The position numbers and the translations under genes are program-made. A stretch of DNA of 64,000 nt, from the NCBI GenBank assembly GCA_003971905.1, contig RSEE01000019.1, positions 620,001 to 684,000 of the forward strand, read 5' to 3'. The DNA is from Moniliella sp. 'wahieum'. Its lineage: Eukaryota. Under the pieces are notes generated by a model. That model was not told where the DNA came from. It saw nothing but the letters and a program-made list of their open reading frames with translations, and searched no databases. Below are positions 1 to 12,071 of this stretch, piece by piece; the stretch's first letter is position 1, and every line of letters starts with the position of its first letter.

Positions 1-230
1 TCTTGCTCCTCCTGATGTCCCCATTCGGCGCAGGGGTGCAGACGGGGGCGGGGGCAAAGGGCGGTCCGTAGAGGGCGAGCTGGCCAGGACGCATGAGGTC
101 GTCCAGCTCGCGGCCAAGTTGAAGCGAGACGAGGGAGCTGACGAGGTAGTGGCGCTGCTCGGGGGACAGCGCGGGGGAGGCGGCGGGCGGAGGGGGCACG
201 AGTGAAGGGCGTTGGACAGGGGGGCATCAT
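1..230 (-). CDS. 5' end of a PX-associated (PXB) domain protein, Lec1/YPR097W-like (runs off the window)
   Basis: Minus strand reads LSPEQRHYLVSSLVSLQLGRELDDLMRPGQLALYGPPF, resembling the PXB N-terminal motif (LT..Q.HYL...L...QL..E......L..FG.PF). ATG at 230 or 227 needs one indel. Confidence 0.6.
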   Translation of the reverse strand, partial: MMPPCPTPFTRAPSARRLPRAVPRAAPLPRQLPRLASTWPRAGRPHASWPARPLRTALCPRPRLHPCAEWGHQEEQ

Positions 231-650
231 CGGCGATGGTGCAGTGTCCGCTGCGGCGCTGGCGGCGGGGAGGGCATACGCGACGGCACCCATCGTGCGC
301 AGGACGGCACGAGGACGAGGACGAAGACGAGGACGAAGACGAGGACGAGCTGCGCAAAACGAGGGCGGCGGGGGTTGAGCTTCGCAGGACGAGTCGATCC
401 TCCATTCTGCATTCACGCGCAAGCATCCCCGCCCGCAATCTCCGACGGGCCCTTGCGTCGCCGAGGCCAGCAGCCGGGCATTGCAATTTGAAACCACCCA
501 TGCCATCTCATCGATCATCCATCATCGGTCATGATCTGGCGCCTAGCTTGCTTTTCCGAGTTGACCAAAATGCGACGAGCAAGTTTCAAAGCACATTTTC
601 CCATCGAGTGCGAAGTGCGCGGGCCAACTTTTGTCGAGCAAAAAGACCCA

Positions 651-1274
651 TGTAACGGGCGAGGGTGGGGGTAGCCGAGCCCGGCCGAGCTCGGCCGAGC
701 TTGTTCGGACGTTGAACGAACCCATGTAATCCGTTATGTCCAAACGTAGCATGTTCCCATCTCTATCTCGATCTATGCAGCTATGGGATCAAGTCCCGTT
801 TTCGTGCGGCTGAGGGGATCTGTACGCGAGCTTCTGCGTCCCTGCATGATTTTAGCATACTTCAACTATTTTGGTCTTTAGTTTTGTACGCACGTCAGCT
901 CTGAGTCGAGCCACCGGATCTGGACGTCGAGCGTCTCGTTTTCGTTTGAGATTCTCCCCTCATGCCTTTACCCGATTTATAGCCGAGGGCGGAGAACCTC
1001 TGCCCTTTATTAGCTTGAGCACTTTTCTCGTTTTGACTGTTCCCGATTCTGGCTGAGTGTGGGAACCTTTTCTTACTTAGTTTGTGCTTCTTTCTGGGAG
1101 ACAGTAATCTCGACTCCTTTCCCTTTCTTTCTTCGTTGTGTTGTCTATCCTTTCTAGATCCTGCATGTATAGCCTTGATCCGTCAGTTCCTTTGCTCTCC
1201 TAGCGGCGAATTTCGTCTTTGTCTCTTCTCGTCCACACATTCCGTCTGTTTCTCTCGTCTTTAGTCCTTGTACA
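651..1274 (-). mobile_element. Retrotransposon LTR (about 624 bp), probably a 3' LTR
   Basis: On the minus strand it runs TGTAC...GTTACA, with a purine tract GGAAAAGGATGG just upstream (1275-1286) and a TATA-like CTATAAAT near 976-983. A diverged second copy lies at 49232-49775. Confidence 0.6.
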
Positions 1275-2740
1275 CCATCCTTTTCCAATGCATCGTTGAC
1301 CTGCCAGACAACTCCGCGGTGCGTTACTCTTAGTACTTGCGAACCAGTTGTCCCTCCGACCTGCTTCCAGCAACCCCCTCTTGGTCTCTTCCCGTATTTT
1401 TTTCGACCGGGCATCCATTGCCGTCGATGTCCAGCTTTCTGCCTTCTCTGTACGGATCCCGCGGCGATCCTATAAGAGGTGAGTTGTTCTGCCTCAGACG
1501 GAACCTGTCCTAACCTGTCTTTGTTTTGCCTACGGCAACTGAAGGGTTGGCTTGTTTCGGCGCATACTCACCCTTTTTTGCCACCCGAGCCGATACCCCA
1601 ATTGATAGGCCTCACCTCGTCGTCGCTATAGTTCCCTTCGGATCTGCCAGTAGTGTTCGGGTTCGATCAATCGTGAATGGCCTGTCCTTCTCCACTCCAA
1701 AGGAAATCGCCCTTAAACCATGGGACGGGTTCTAGTCCGGGGCCCGCGGTGTGACGAGCCATCCTGCAACGTTCCATCTTTTTATACCAGTGACGATGAT
1801 GTTGGGCAACTGCTGGTGGGCACCCAGTTCCGTTTTTCTCGTGTTGCCTCTGTCGGTGCGCAAACACGAGGAGAACAGGGCACAGTCCTGGCAGCAATTG
1901 GAGGGCTCAACTTCGGTGTTGAAGATGAAGCCCCGCGGGGGTCGCTTAGCATCCTGGTTGTTCTTACATCAATCAACTACTGTGGTCGATGGACTGACCC
2001 GCAGCGCACCCTGTTGCAACCCTTTCTTACTGTTTTGTTGTCCTGGGCACTGTTCCCGACAACAACAATAAGGGCAACGCTACTGCGGATATGGCTATTG
2101 CCACTTCCCATTCCCTGTGGGATGGGAGAGGAAACATGTCTCCCCAAGCGAGAAGCAAGCTCAAACCGAAACTTTCTCCCCGCGACCTCCCTTTTGTTGC
2201 GAGGAAGAGGAGAGGAACGCCAGTGTAGTGGTATTCAGCGGTTCAGGAGATCAAAGCCTTGTCCAAGCAGGCTAATCCTAAGGAAGGAAGCATTGGAAAA
2301 TCATGGCGGGGTTACGGTGTAACGTCTTCCCTCTCAGCAGTGTAGGAAAGGCAACACAACTATAGCCGTGCTCCCGCCACCGCATATAGTAAGAACATTT
2401 CCAGCCGCCAGTTTTGCTCTACGTGGCAACGATGGTTTGAGGATGCCGGAAGGAGCGGAATGAGGTGGTCGGAGATGGGTTCTGGTTCAGCCATGCCCAC
2501 CTCTTAAACCTGTGTATCCTCTTTTTCTCTCGAGAGTCGCTGCCCCGGGTTTTGGGAGATATATACGAGGCGAGGGAACCACAGTATACTTACCTTCCGA
2601 TACTAGTATATACAGCTCTAACCTCCCGCCTTGCCACCCGACGTGGGAGGTTGCTGTCCCCTTTCTCCCGCGGTAGCAAGATAAGCAATTATACCCTGAT
2701 GCCCCTCTCCCCCCCGGTTCGGACTTGCCACTTACGGGGC
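1275..2740. mobile_element. Probable decayed retroelement internal/LTR debris
   Basis: Lower-GC segment with no recognisable gene, adjacent to the LTR and purine tract; a second TGTAAC at 2318. No clear domain motif recognised. Confidence 0.3.
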
Positions 2741-3619
2741 CAAACCAAACCGTCGTCAGCCGGCCCAAGGCGCAGCACAGCCCAACGTTCCGGCCCTGCT
2801 ATCACCTCTCTCGTTCTCGTTCTCGTTCTCGTTCCACGTTCCGCGTTGCACAGCGCGGCGAGGGGCTCGTCGATGGCAGCCAGACGGAGCAGCAGTAGCC
2901 CCCCCCCTGCCTATAGGCGTCCCATGCACAGCCCCACCTCTCCTTTCCCCGCTCACCTTTCACCTTTCACCCTCCAACCTTCAACCTTCAAGCTTCGTTT
3001 CAAGCTTCGCTTCAAGTTTTACCCTGCCACCTGCTACCCGCAACGGTGCACCTGGCCATCCACCCCCCCTTGGTGGGCCTTGGCTTGGGTCGGCGTAGTT
3101 CGAGGGGGTGGCGGGGCAAGAGAAGGGGGGTGTAGTCTACGTCTAGATCTCATCCCAGCTAGCTACCTCTCGGACCCTGAGGCGGGGAGGGGACGAGACG
3201 CACGCGATCGGCGCGTCTCCCAGCCGAGCGCAGGGCCCGACCCACGTGGCACGTGGCCAGGCGAGCCGCTCGCGACCTGCCACGGATCGACCGATGGAGC
3301 ACACACGCACGCAAGAGCAGAGCAAAGGAAAGGAAGGGCAAGCGCCGATAAAAGTAGATTGAGAACGGCACACGCGAACAGGTTTAACCACTTACCAGCC
3401 GAGCCACCTCGCCTTCCCACAGAGCGAGAGCGAAAGGGAGGGAAAGGGAAAGGGAGAGGGAGAGGGAGAAAAGGAGGAGGAAAATGTACCCCAAGGCAAG
3501 CAGGCGCAGCCAAAGGGGGAGAAGCACGGGACAGTGGCTTGTCCGGGCTGTGTTTCGCGTCTGGTGCAGCTCGTACCGAGACGTGTGGCACGCCGTGCCC
3601 CGGGCGAGGGGGGGGGGGA

Positions 3620-6600
3620 TTAGGCGCGGCGCGGCATGGTCCAATCAAAGTCGGCAAACTCGTTCTGGTCGGCCGGGGAGAGGACCGAGTTGACGGGGGT
3701 GAGCGTGGGGCGTTCGCTGGTGAACTCCGTGTCGAACCAGGAGGTGTCGGTCTTGGATTTGAGCGTCGGCTTGAACGGCGGCTCGAGCCGTTTGGCATAG
3801 AGCGCGTCCCAGTCCACATCGGCAAAGTACGGGTGCCGCTTGATCTCCGCCGCATCCTCCGGCCCGGCCCAGCCGTTTCTTCGTTCTTCGGTCGCGCTGC
3901 AATAGGTGCATCAGCAACGGCACACTGTGCGGCGGCATCTGCAGCGGGAACAGCGGCTCATCTTCCAGAATCGCATCAAAAATCTCATCTTCATCGTCAC
4001 CCCGGAACGGCGCTTGACCCAGAATCATCTCGTACAGCAAGATCCCAAACGCCCACCAGTCAACGGCACGTGTATAAGGCTGCTCAAGAAGGATCTACCA
4101 AACGAAACCGGGTTAACACCAACATCTAACGGGAGCACAAGGGGGGAGGGGGGGGGGGGAGAGAGAGACGTACTTCAGGGGCCATAAACTCGGGGGTACC
4201 ACAGAACGTGTTGGTCGTAGCACCGGCGTGCATGTTTTTCTTTGCACAGACCATAATCTGCCACCTTGACGTGGCCATCGAGGCTGAGGAGGATATTGTC
4301 GAGCTTGAGGTCGCGATAGACAATGCCCTGCGTATGGAAGTACTCCAGGGCAAGGAGCACCTCGGCGGCATAGAACTTGGTCCGCTGGCGGGAGAAGCGC
4401 TCGGTTTGAATGTGAAGCATCAGGTCTCCGCCCGAGACGTATTCCATGACAAAGTAGATACGTGTCTCGGTTTGGAAGCACGAGTGGAGACTGAGCAAGA
4501 ACGGATGCCGTTCCCGCGACGCGGCCTGGAACACCCGCTTTTCGCTCCGCAGACTCTCAATCTCGTCATTCTCAATGCAAAACGCCTTCTTCAACACCTT
4601 GATCGCCACCAACTCGCCCGTCGCACGCTCCTCGGCCAACATGACCTTGCCAAAGTTGCCCTTGCCCAACACACTGAGGAAGTTAAAGTCTTGCAACGTA
4701 ACCGGCTTCCCCGTCGGGCCAGGCACATCCAGACCCGAGGACACATCGACCACTGGTGCAGACGCGGGTGCTGGTGCGGGCGCTGGCGCTGGCGGCTGGG
4801 CCACCACCAGTTGCGAGTCCGGTGCGGGCACGGGAGCAACGCGGCCTTGGTGTACGGACTGGGCTCGGGAAGTGCCGAGGGAGTTTGGGGAGCCGGTTGT
4901 ATGGCGATTCCACTGCTGGGCGGCAGTTGGGGCCCGTGGGGATGGGTGCGACCGGAAGAAGGCGACGAGTAAGAAGGCATTGTCGATCCCGGCGACGAGT
5001 AGCTGGCAGGCAGTTGTTGCTCATACCGCGTCCGGTCATTGTACCCAGGGGAGGCAGATGGCGCTGGCGCGGTCGACGGGGGGTAGGGCACCCGCTGGTC
5101 GGCTGGGGTGGGAGTAACAGCGGGCTTGGCCACTGGCGGAGGAGGCTGGCTAGGGCGAAGTGCCAAGGGCGATTCGTGCGCCGGGACCGTCGGGGGAACG
5201 GTTGCGGGGGAGGCAACGGCTTTGTCTTTCGGTCAGGCCGAGGCCGAGGCGCCGGAGGCCGGGCCAGCTTCAGCGCACGGATCATTTCCGGCTTGATGCC
5301 GCAAATGTGCGGGATGCGGGCGGTGCAGTCCGTATGGGCGGTAACCGAGCACTCGGAGCACTTGCGTGCCGAGCGCCGGCCAATGGGCAGCATGTGCCCA
5401 CAATGGAAGCACCAATTGGTGCCAATGTTGGTGAATGGCTCGAAGCGGTGAGGGATCTTGTACATGTCCGAAATATCGCCTCCTTCCGGCTTGCCCTCGT
5501 CCTGGGTCGTGCGCGAGACACACTTGCTGAACACATCGTCCAAGCAACGACGATGGCAGGCAAACAGACAATGCTCGCACTTGAGACCCTCTTTGATCAA
5601 GTTGCCCCCGCACACTGCGCACCGAATCAGGGTGTAGAACTGGGTGCTGACAACAGATGGCCCATCACCGTAACCGTCTCGCTCACAGGGCGCTGCTTGC
5701 GCACCGCACCCTTACGGCCCAGAGGCCCATCATACGGGTTCCGGTCCGCATTGCTCTTGATAAAGTTGACCGTCAACTCGAGCGCCCCCTCGGGCTCGAC
5801 GGTGAACTGGGCCGTGATGGGTTCGGCCTCGAGCGAATTGCCGAGCGAGGCCATGTCGTGCAAGCCCGCGCCGCCGCCACCGGCTTGCCCACTCTGGTTG
5901 ATGAGCGCCTGCAAGCGAGTGTTCTTAAGCCGGCGCTGTTCGTCGACACATCCGAAAGACGGATCCAGACCAGACGACGGGCGCCTTTTCGGACGAGCGC
6001 AGGACGCTGGACAAGTTGTCGTGGATGACAAACTCAATCTCGTGCACGCTGGCCACCGGAATTTCAAACGTCTCGCCCCACGTGTCCGCGCGGGAGAGGC
6101 TGGTGTGAGCAATGACATCCTTGTCGTTGCGAACCGTAATGTACGTCTCTCGCTTCTTGGTACCCACACGCACGGCAGATGGTCCAGGTCGCGCGCGCCT
6201 CGGATCGAGATCTGGAGCGTGCCGGACAGCTTTCGGTTTTCGCGGCGCTGGGCCAGGAGGGCTAGGGACAAGGGTTAGCGGTCAATACTACTGCGCAACG
6301 CATGGCTGGCCAAGGCGAGGACTGCGTACCATTCTCGGTCGGCGCCGGCCTCGGCGACGAGGAGACTCTTGTACTTGTTGAGCGCGCGCTCAATCAGGCG
6401 GATTTTGTGCTGGGCCTCGATGCGGTTGACCTCAGCGTCGTGCATCAAGCGCCGATCGGCCGAGGGGGACACTTTCCAGATCTTGAGCATCTTTTCTGCC
6501 GCGTCGGCAATCTGAATCTCGGTCTGGAGGCGGTACTCGAGCAGCTCGAGCATGCGGCTCACCTTGGCCGTGCTGAGGGGGGTGTCGTACTTGATCAGGT

Positions 6601-6988
6601 CGAGGGCAGTGAGCTTCTTGGGCGGGGAGCCGGCGGCGCCGAGCTCGCGCAGCTGCTCTGGTACGCCTCGATCTTCTTGAGGATGCTGGCCAGGCCCGCC
6701 TCGGCCTGGCGCTGAACGTCGTTGTTGGAGCCGGCATTGGGGGCGCGGCGGTAGGCCTTGAGCACGCTGCGGTAGCCATCGGGGTGATGCGTTCGGCGGC
6801 GATGCGGCTCTCGAGCGCGTCGCGACGCGCGTCAGTCAGGGCGGGGAAGGGTGGGGGTGGGGGGAGGTGGGGGGGAGGTGGGGGAGGTGGGGGGGAGGGG
6901 GAGGTGGAGGCGGGCGGACGGAGGGGTGGGTGGGGCTGGGCGGCTGGGTGTGCTGCGGAGCGGAGCAGAGCGGCAGGTGTGCATGCAT
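3620..6988 (-). CDS. PKC1: Protein kinase C (HR1x2, C2, C1x2, Ser/Thr kinase, AGC C-tail); introns and frameshifts
   Basis: [34 protein letters not shown]1 domains ([30 protein letters not shown]), pseudosubstrate [12 protein letters not shown]-tail PPFKP...FADFDW. Start codon uncertain. Confidence 0.95.
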
Positions 6989-8058
6989 GCCGGCGCCCGC
7001 AAGGGGGGCAGCGGTGAGGTCAGCGGTGAGCGCGCGCGACGGGTGAGGCCCGCAGCGGCCGGCGGCTGCCCAGCGCAGGCAGCGCGCGCACGCACACAGG
7101 CGCCGTGCGGGGGCTGCACGGGGCCGGCGGCGCGGCGAGGCTGAGGCGGGTCGCTGCGCGCAGTGCGGCGCGGGGGCTGCAAGCGAGGCCCGCGCCCAGC
7201 GGGCAGCTGGCACCGGCAGGCAAACGCCAAACGCAGCGTGCGCGACAGTGGCGCTGCGCCGCCTCACGCCCAGCGCACGGCACAGCGCCCGTGCGCGCTC
7301 CCATCGCCCCTGCGCCGGCTGGTCCCGGTCCCCACCGCTGGCGCAGCCTGTTGAACGTTCAACTTGCACCTTCCACCTCGTCCGCCTTAAGCCAAAGTCA
7401 TGCGCATGCTGCAGCAGCGCTTATGTCAGACAGAGAGGAAACGGCGACAAGCCACGAGGGTTGGGGCTCTGCCGCAGCGGAGCCCGGGGTTGATGTACTT
7501 CTATATATTCAGTCACGAGTCAGGAGAGAAGGTGCGAGGCATCAAGAGGCGCTAGGGGTGGGGGGGGAGCGTGTCAACCCCCCCGCCCATCGCCGGTCCC
7601 AGACTGCCGACCCAAGGCGTGCTAAAGAAAGAAAAGGAGGCGGGAGAGGGTGGCTACCTGGAAAAAAGAGTCGTTCAGGTGGTTGTACAATACGTCCATG
7701 GGGGAAGAGGGCGGAGGAGAGAGGCCGAACGAAAGACCGTGCAGAGGGGGCAAGCAGGAAACAAGACACGAAGGGGAAGCGAAAGAGCGCAAGGGAACGG
7801 ATCGGGTGAGCCAAGTGAGGCAGGAGCCGAGAGAGAGAGAGAGAGGAGAGGCAGGACGGGCAGGAGACAAAAGAGACATAATGAGGCAAAGCAGACAAAG
7901 CAGACAACTGTCCTGGAACTGGAACGGCACCAACAGGAGAGAGGCAATCGCCACCCCGCTCCGTTGACAGCCAAATCCAACAATCCCGCATCTTGGCAAC
8001 CACAACCACAGCCACAGCACACAGCCACAGCCACTCGACCCCCCAACCCAACCCACCA

Positions 8059-10748
8059 TCAAAAGTCGCGGTCGGAGGCAAGTGCGCAGCGGCGGCAAGC
8101 GGACCCGCTCGAACCCGATCGAGGCACAGGCACACGGGGGTACAGCCCCGTGTGGCTGGCCGACGCCGACGGAGTCGCCGGTGTGGACGCAACGCCGACG
8201 ACGACGACATCGACATGGGCATCGACCCGGGCCGGAGGGGGAGGAGGCGGCAGAGACGGAGAAGGAAGAGCGGTAGCCTGTGCCGGCCAAGGACGCGGGG
8301 CAGCGGGCTCGCGGGCTGGGGTGCCGTGCGCTCGGTCGATCGGGTCCTGCGGCGAGGGGGCAGGGCGCGAGGCTGCGTGCGCCCAGCGCACAACCTCACC
8401 CGGCACCGAAGGGTACATGCCCGACGTGCGCCGCGCGGGCGCGGGCATGCCACTGGTCGATCGGGTGAGGCTCAAGCTCGAAGCGGGCGGGAGCAACGAG
8501 CGCCCTGGCCCGGTCGCACCCAGATCGTCGGACCGGCTCGGCGCGCGCCACGCCGGCTCGGGGCCACGTAGCACGCGCGCCGCTTGATGGCGCATAGTTG
8601 AGCGCGACCAGCACGCGACGGATGACAAGCAGGTGTGAGCGCGTGCGACGCTGGCTCGACCCGGAACGCACGGCTGCTGTTCGGCTTGCTCCTCGCTCGC
8701 ACCAGGCGGCGGAAGAGAGTAAATGCGAGATGCCCATGAGAGCATGCGCCTGCGCCTCCTCCGCCCGGCTGTCGGGGCGCGCGTGCGCATGCGCATGAGC
8801 ATGCGCACGCGCACCGCCCACCTGCCCCGTCGGCTCGGCTCCGGGTCGGGTCCATGCATCGGGGTCCACCTTGCCCGCTCCGACGGCCGAGGCGCCGGCA
8901 GGGCAGGATGCACCGACGCGCGCCGGGCCGTGCTGCTGCTCCGGGGCGCGACGCGCTGCAAAGGCGTGGCCGACACGAGCGTATCGCCGCCCCGGGCGTA
9001 GGCCGAGTGCGCGTGCGTGTAGGCGCGGCCGACCAGGACGGGTAGGCGGAATGCGGATGCGGATGCGGGCCCAGGTACGGGCGCGGACTTGGTGTGGCCG
9101 ACGCGATCCCATGTGTGCAGCGGCGGGTCGAGGTCCATGTCGTGGGTACTGTTGCTCTGCGGTGCTGGCCGTGGTGGAGGTGACGGTCAAGCCGGGGGAA
9201 GCGTACGGTCGCTCAAAACGGACTGCTAACCTCCTTGCCTGTCCAAACGGTCCCACCGCCGGACCGGCCAGCGCCGGGTCCAGCCGGGCACGGTCGTGCT
9301 CGTCAACCCCCACATACTTAGGTCCGCCGCACTAAACGGCGCCGGGGAGTCGAGGTGGACGAGGTGGACCAAGACGGGGCCGGGGAGGGCGGGCTGGGAA
9401 GCTGCTCGGCCACTTGGCTCCCCAGCTGCAACCAAAACCGATTGAGGTTGACCAGATTGCCTGCGGCGACGGCGGATTGGGGTACGCATCGGTGGGAGGC
9501 GGGCGAGAAAGTTGTCGATGGTGGTTGGGTCCAACCCCAGGTCGGCGGCCCACGTAGCCGCCAAATCAGGATCGGTGCTGATGCTGGCCGCGGTCGAGTC
9601 GGGCGAGGCAAACGCCGAGGCAGGCTCTAACATGGGCAGCACGAAAGGAAACTTGCCATGTCTGCAGCCACAAACGGAAAAACGCAACGTCAGTTGATCT
9701 TTCATAAAGAGCAGCAGGAGGTAGGGCAAGCGTACCGGCATCGTAGGTCGCTGGCACGCGGCCGTCGACAATGTCCTGGATGAGATGGGGGAGCAGTGTG
9801 GGCGAAGGGGGTCGGGCGAGGGGTCGGGGTAGGAGGCAGGCACAGGCGGAGGGAGAGAGAAGCATGGGGGGGGAGCGGGGGGGATGGGAATGAAGATGGG
9901 ATGCTGGTATGGGTACTGCGGGGGGTAGGCCGATTGCGAATCGGACCAGCAAGCGGTGCGGCGGCGGGTACGCGCGCCGAAGAGTACAATGGCTGCGGGG
10001 GGGCATACGACGATGGGCGTGCAGAGCGGCAGGCTGCGGCGGCGGCGGCGGTGGGGCAAAGCCATAGGCGAGGCCGAGGGCGGCGACTGCACGGCGGCGG
10101 TGGGCGGCGGAGCGAGGAGGGCCGGGACGGAGAGAACGGAGGGGGCAAAAGTGTGGGCGGACGTGCTTTTGAGGTCCTGGGGACGCTTGAATGTCTTGCC
10201 GCAGCGGGAACACGCATGGGCTTGAGGGGCGTGTGGACGCGGAGGTGGGAGGTGATGTGGTCGCGCTTGGCGCACACGACGCCACAGCCGACCAGTGGCA
10301 GGTGAGGCAGAGATTGTGGGTGCTCTTGCGTCCGACATGGTCGGCGCACAGGTGCTCAAACAGGGGAGGGCGAGTCAAAGGCAAGGGAGCAGGTGCTCCA
10401 CTGGCAGCGCATGCGCTCCGCCTCGGGTGGGGCGTCGGGAGCGTCGGTGGCCGTCGTCGCAGCAGCAGCGGGAGCAGCGGTATAGAGGCGGATGCGGATG
10501 GGAGTGGAGGGGATGTGGGCGAGGGCGAGGGCGCAGGCGCGGGGGCCGGGGCGGGGGTTGCTCATGGCGCTCATGGCGCGGGGGAGGACGCAGAGCGGCC
10601 GGGAGGTGGAGAAGAGCGTGGCGACGGGGGGCCGCATGATGTGCCTGATGGGTGACGATTCCATGGCAGAAAACGCAACGGCTGGCCAGCGGCGGGGAGC
10701 GTGTGATGCAGACGCATGAGGTGCATGATGATGGCGGATGCGATGCAT
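8059..10748 (-). CDS. pacC: pH-response C2H2 zinc-finger transcription factor PacC/Rim101
   Basis: Three fingers across frames: CQWSTC...LFEHLCADHVGRKSTHNLCLTCHW; KRDHITSHLRVHTPLKP; HACSRCGKTFKRPQDLK. Intron near 9665-9733. Ends approximate (alternative ATG 10664). Confidence 0.92.
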
Positions 10749-12071
10749 GATGCGCGAGCTACGAGCGGCCGGGAGGCAGGACGAGTGTGGGCGGCAGCGC
10801 GAGCCCGCGGGCCAACGAGCGCCGAGCGCCGAGCCTCGAGCGAGGGTGGGCACCGCGTGGGCCCGCAGTGCGGCGTGGAGGCTGCTGTCGTGCGCGGCAT
10901 CTCGCTGCCCTGCCGTGCTGCGCAGCCCCTCCCGCCAAGCCGCGCCTGGACACTGGCCTGGCGCCTGGGCCAGAAGCACGGGGTGCGTGGCACGCGCTGC
11001 CAGCGCCAAGCGCTCGCCCGACGCACCACTGGCGCCATGCCTGCGTGTGCCGCCCAGGCGCGGCCCCAGGCCCGCCCACGCTCGGCAGCGGCCGGCACGA
11101 CCTGGCTGCACACAGCTGCGCCCTGCTGCCTGCCGTGCCCGGGCATGGGCGACTGGGTCGTGGCCCGTCGTGCCCCTCGCGTCCTGGCGCGTCCGATCGG
11201 ACCACGCCCGCCTGCACCCTCCCCGCGCCGGAAGATGGGATGGTCGTTGGGGGTACGTTGGTGACGTTCGGCCAGCAGGCCGTGGCTACGGTGGGCTAGC
11301 GGGCGATCCCGGTGGTCGGTCGTCACTAGCTAGCGTCACTCGCGTCACTGCAAGATGGGACGGTAATTTCTCTGGAAAGCTTGCCGTTTCCGTGTGGTTC
11401 TGCGTTCCCCCCCGTCACGCGGTGCTGGTTGCGCGTTAGGCAATGGGATTCCAGTCGTTGCCGCGTGCGTCTTGGCGGGGGCCGGTGCACGGGCGCCGTG
11501 CGGGCGCAGGCGGCGTGGTCCATCTCCGACGACTGCACTCGCTCTGGATGCGGCTGGTCGCAGCTGGTCGCGCTGCTGATCGCACCCGCCTGGGTGCACA
11601 AGGGTGTACCTGCGCCAGTCCGGCGTCACGCGTCACGCAGCTCCCACTGCGCCAGTGCTCCCTGCCCCATGCAGGCCCCGCATCAGCACGAGGCAGCCGC
11701 AGCGGTGGAGGGGTGAGACTGGTGAGGTCATCGGCTGCCCGCTGCTGCCCCACCGCGCTGGCGCTGCCTCTGGGCCATTGGATATGGCTGCTGTACGCCG
11801 CCGCGTTTGCCTTGGCAGTCCAACGTCCAACGTCCAGCGTCTGCCGGCTGCCGCGTTCTCTCCCACGCTCACGGCTAAACCATAATCCCGTGCGCCACTG
11901 TCCATTTCACCGTTCAACTTGCCCTGCTGTCCGGTGCGCCCAGTAACACCCCCTCCCAACAACAAACGTGGCCACCATGCACACGGTAATCAATGTATTC
12001 AACTCAAAATAACCGAGGCAAGGAGGACAGTTTGTTTGCCGGCATCCCAAACAAACACAGCACCCAGCGCG

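Noticed and set aside
310..348. (GACGAR)n run translating as poly-DE
   Set aside because: Simple hexamer microsatellite in the 5' flank of the first gene; the ORF containing it is not credible.
2465..4129. 554-aa plus-strand ORF and the many other long overlapping ORFs
   Set aside because: Shadow ORFs from high GC, antisense to real genes, low-complexity, with no domain motifs.
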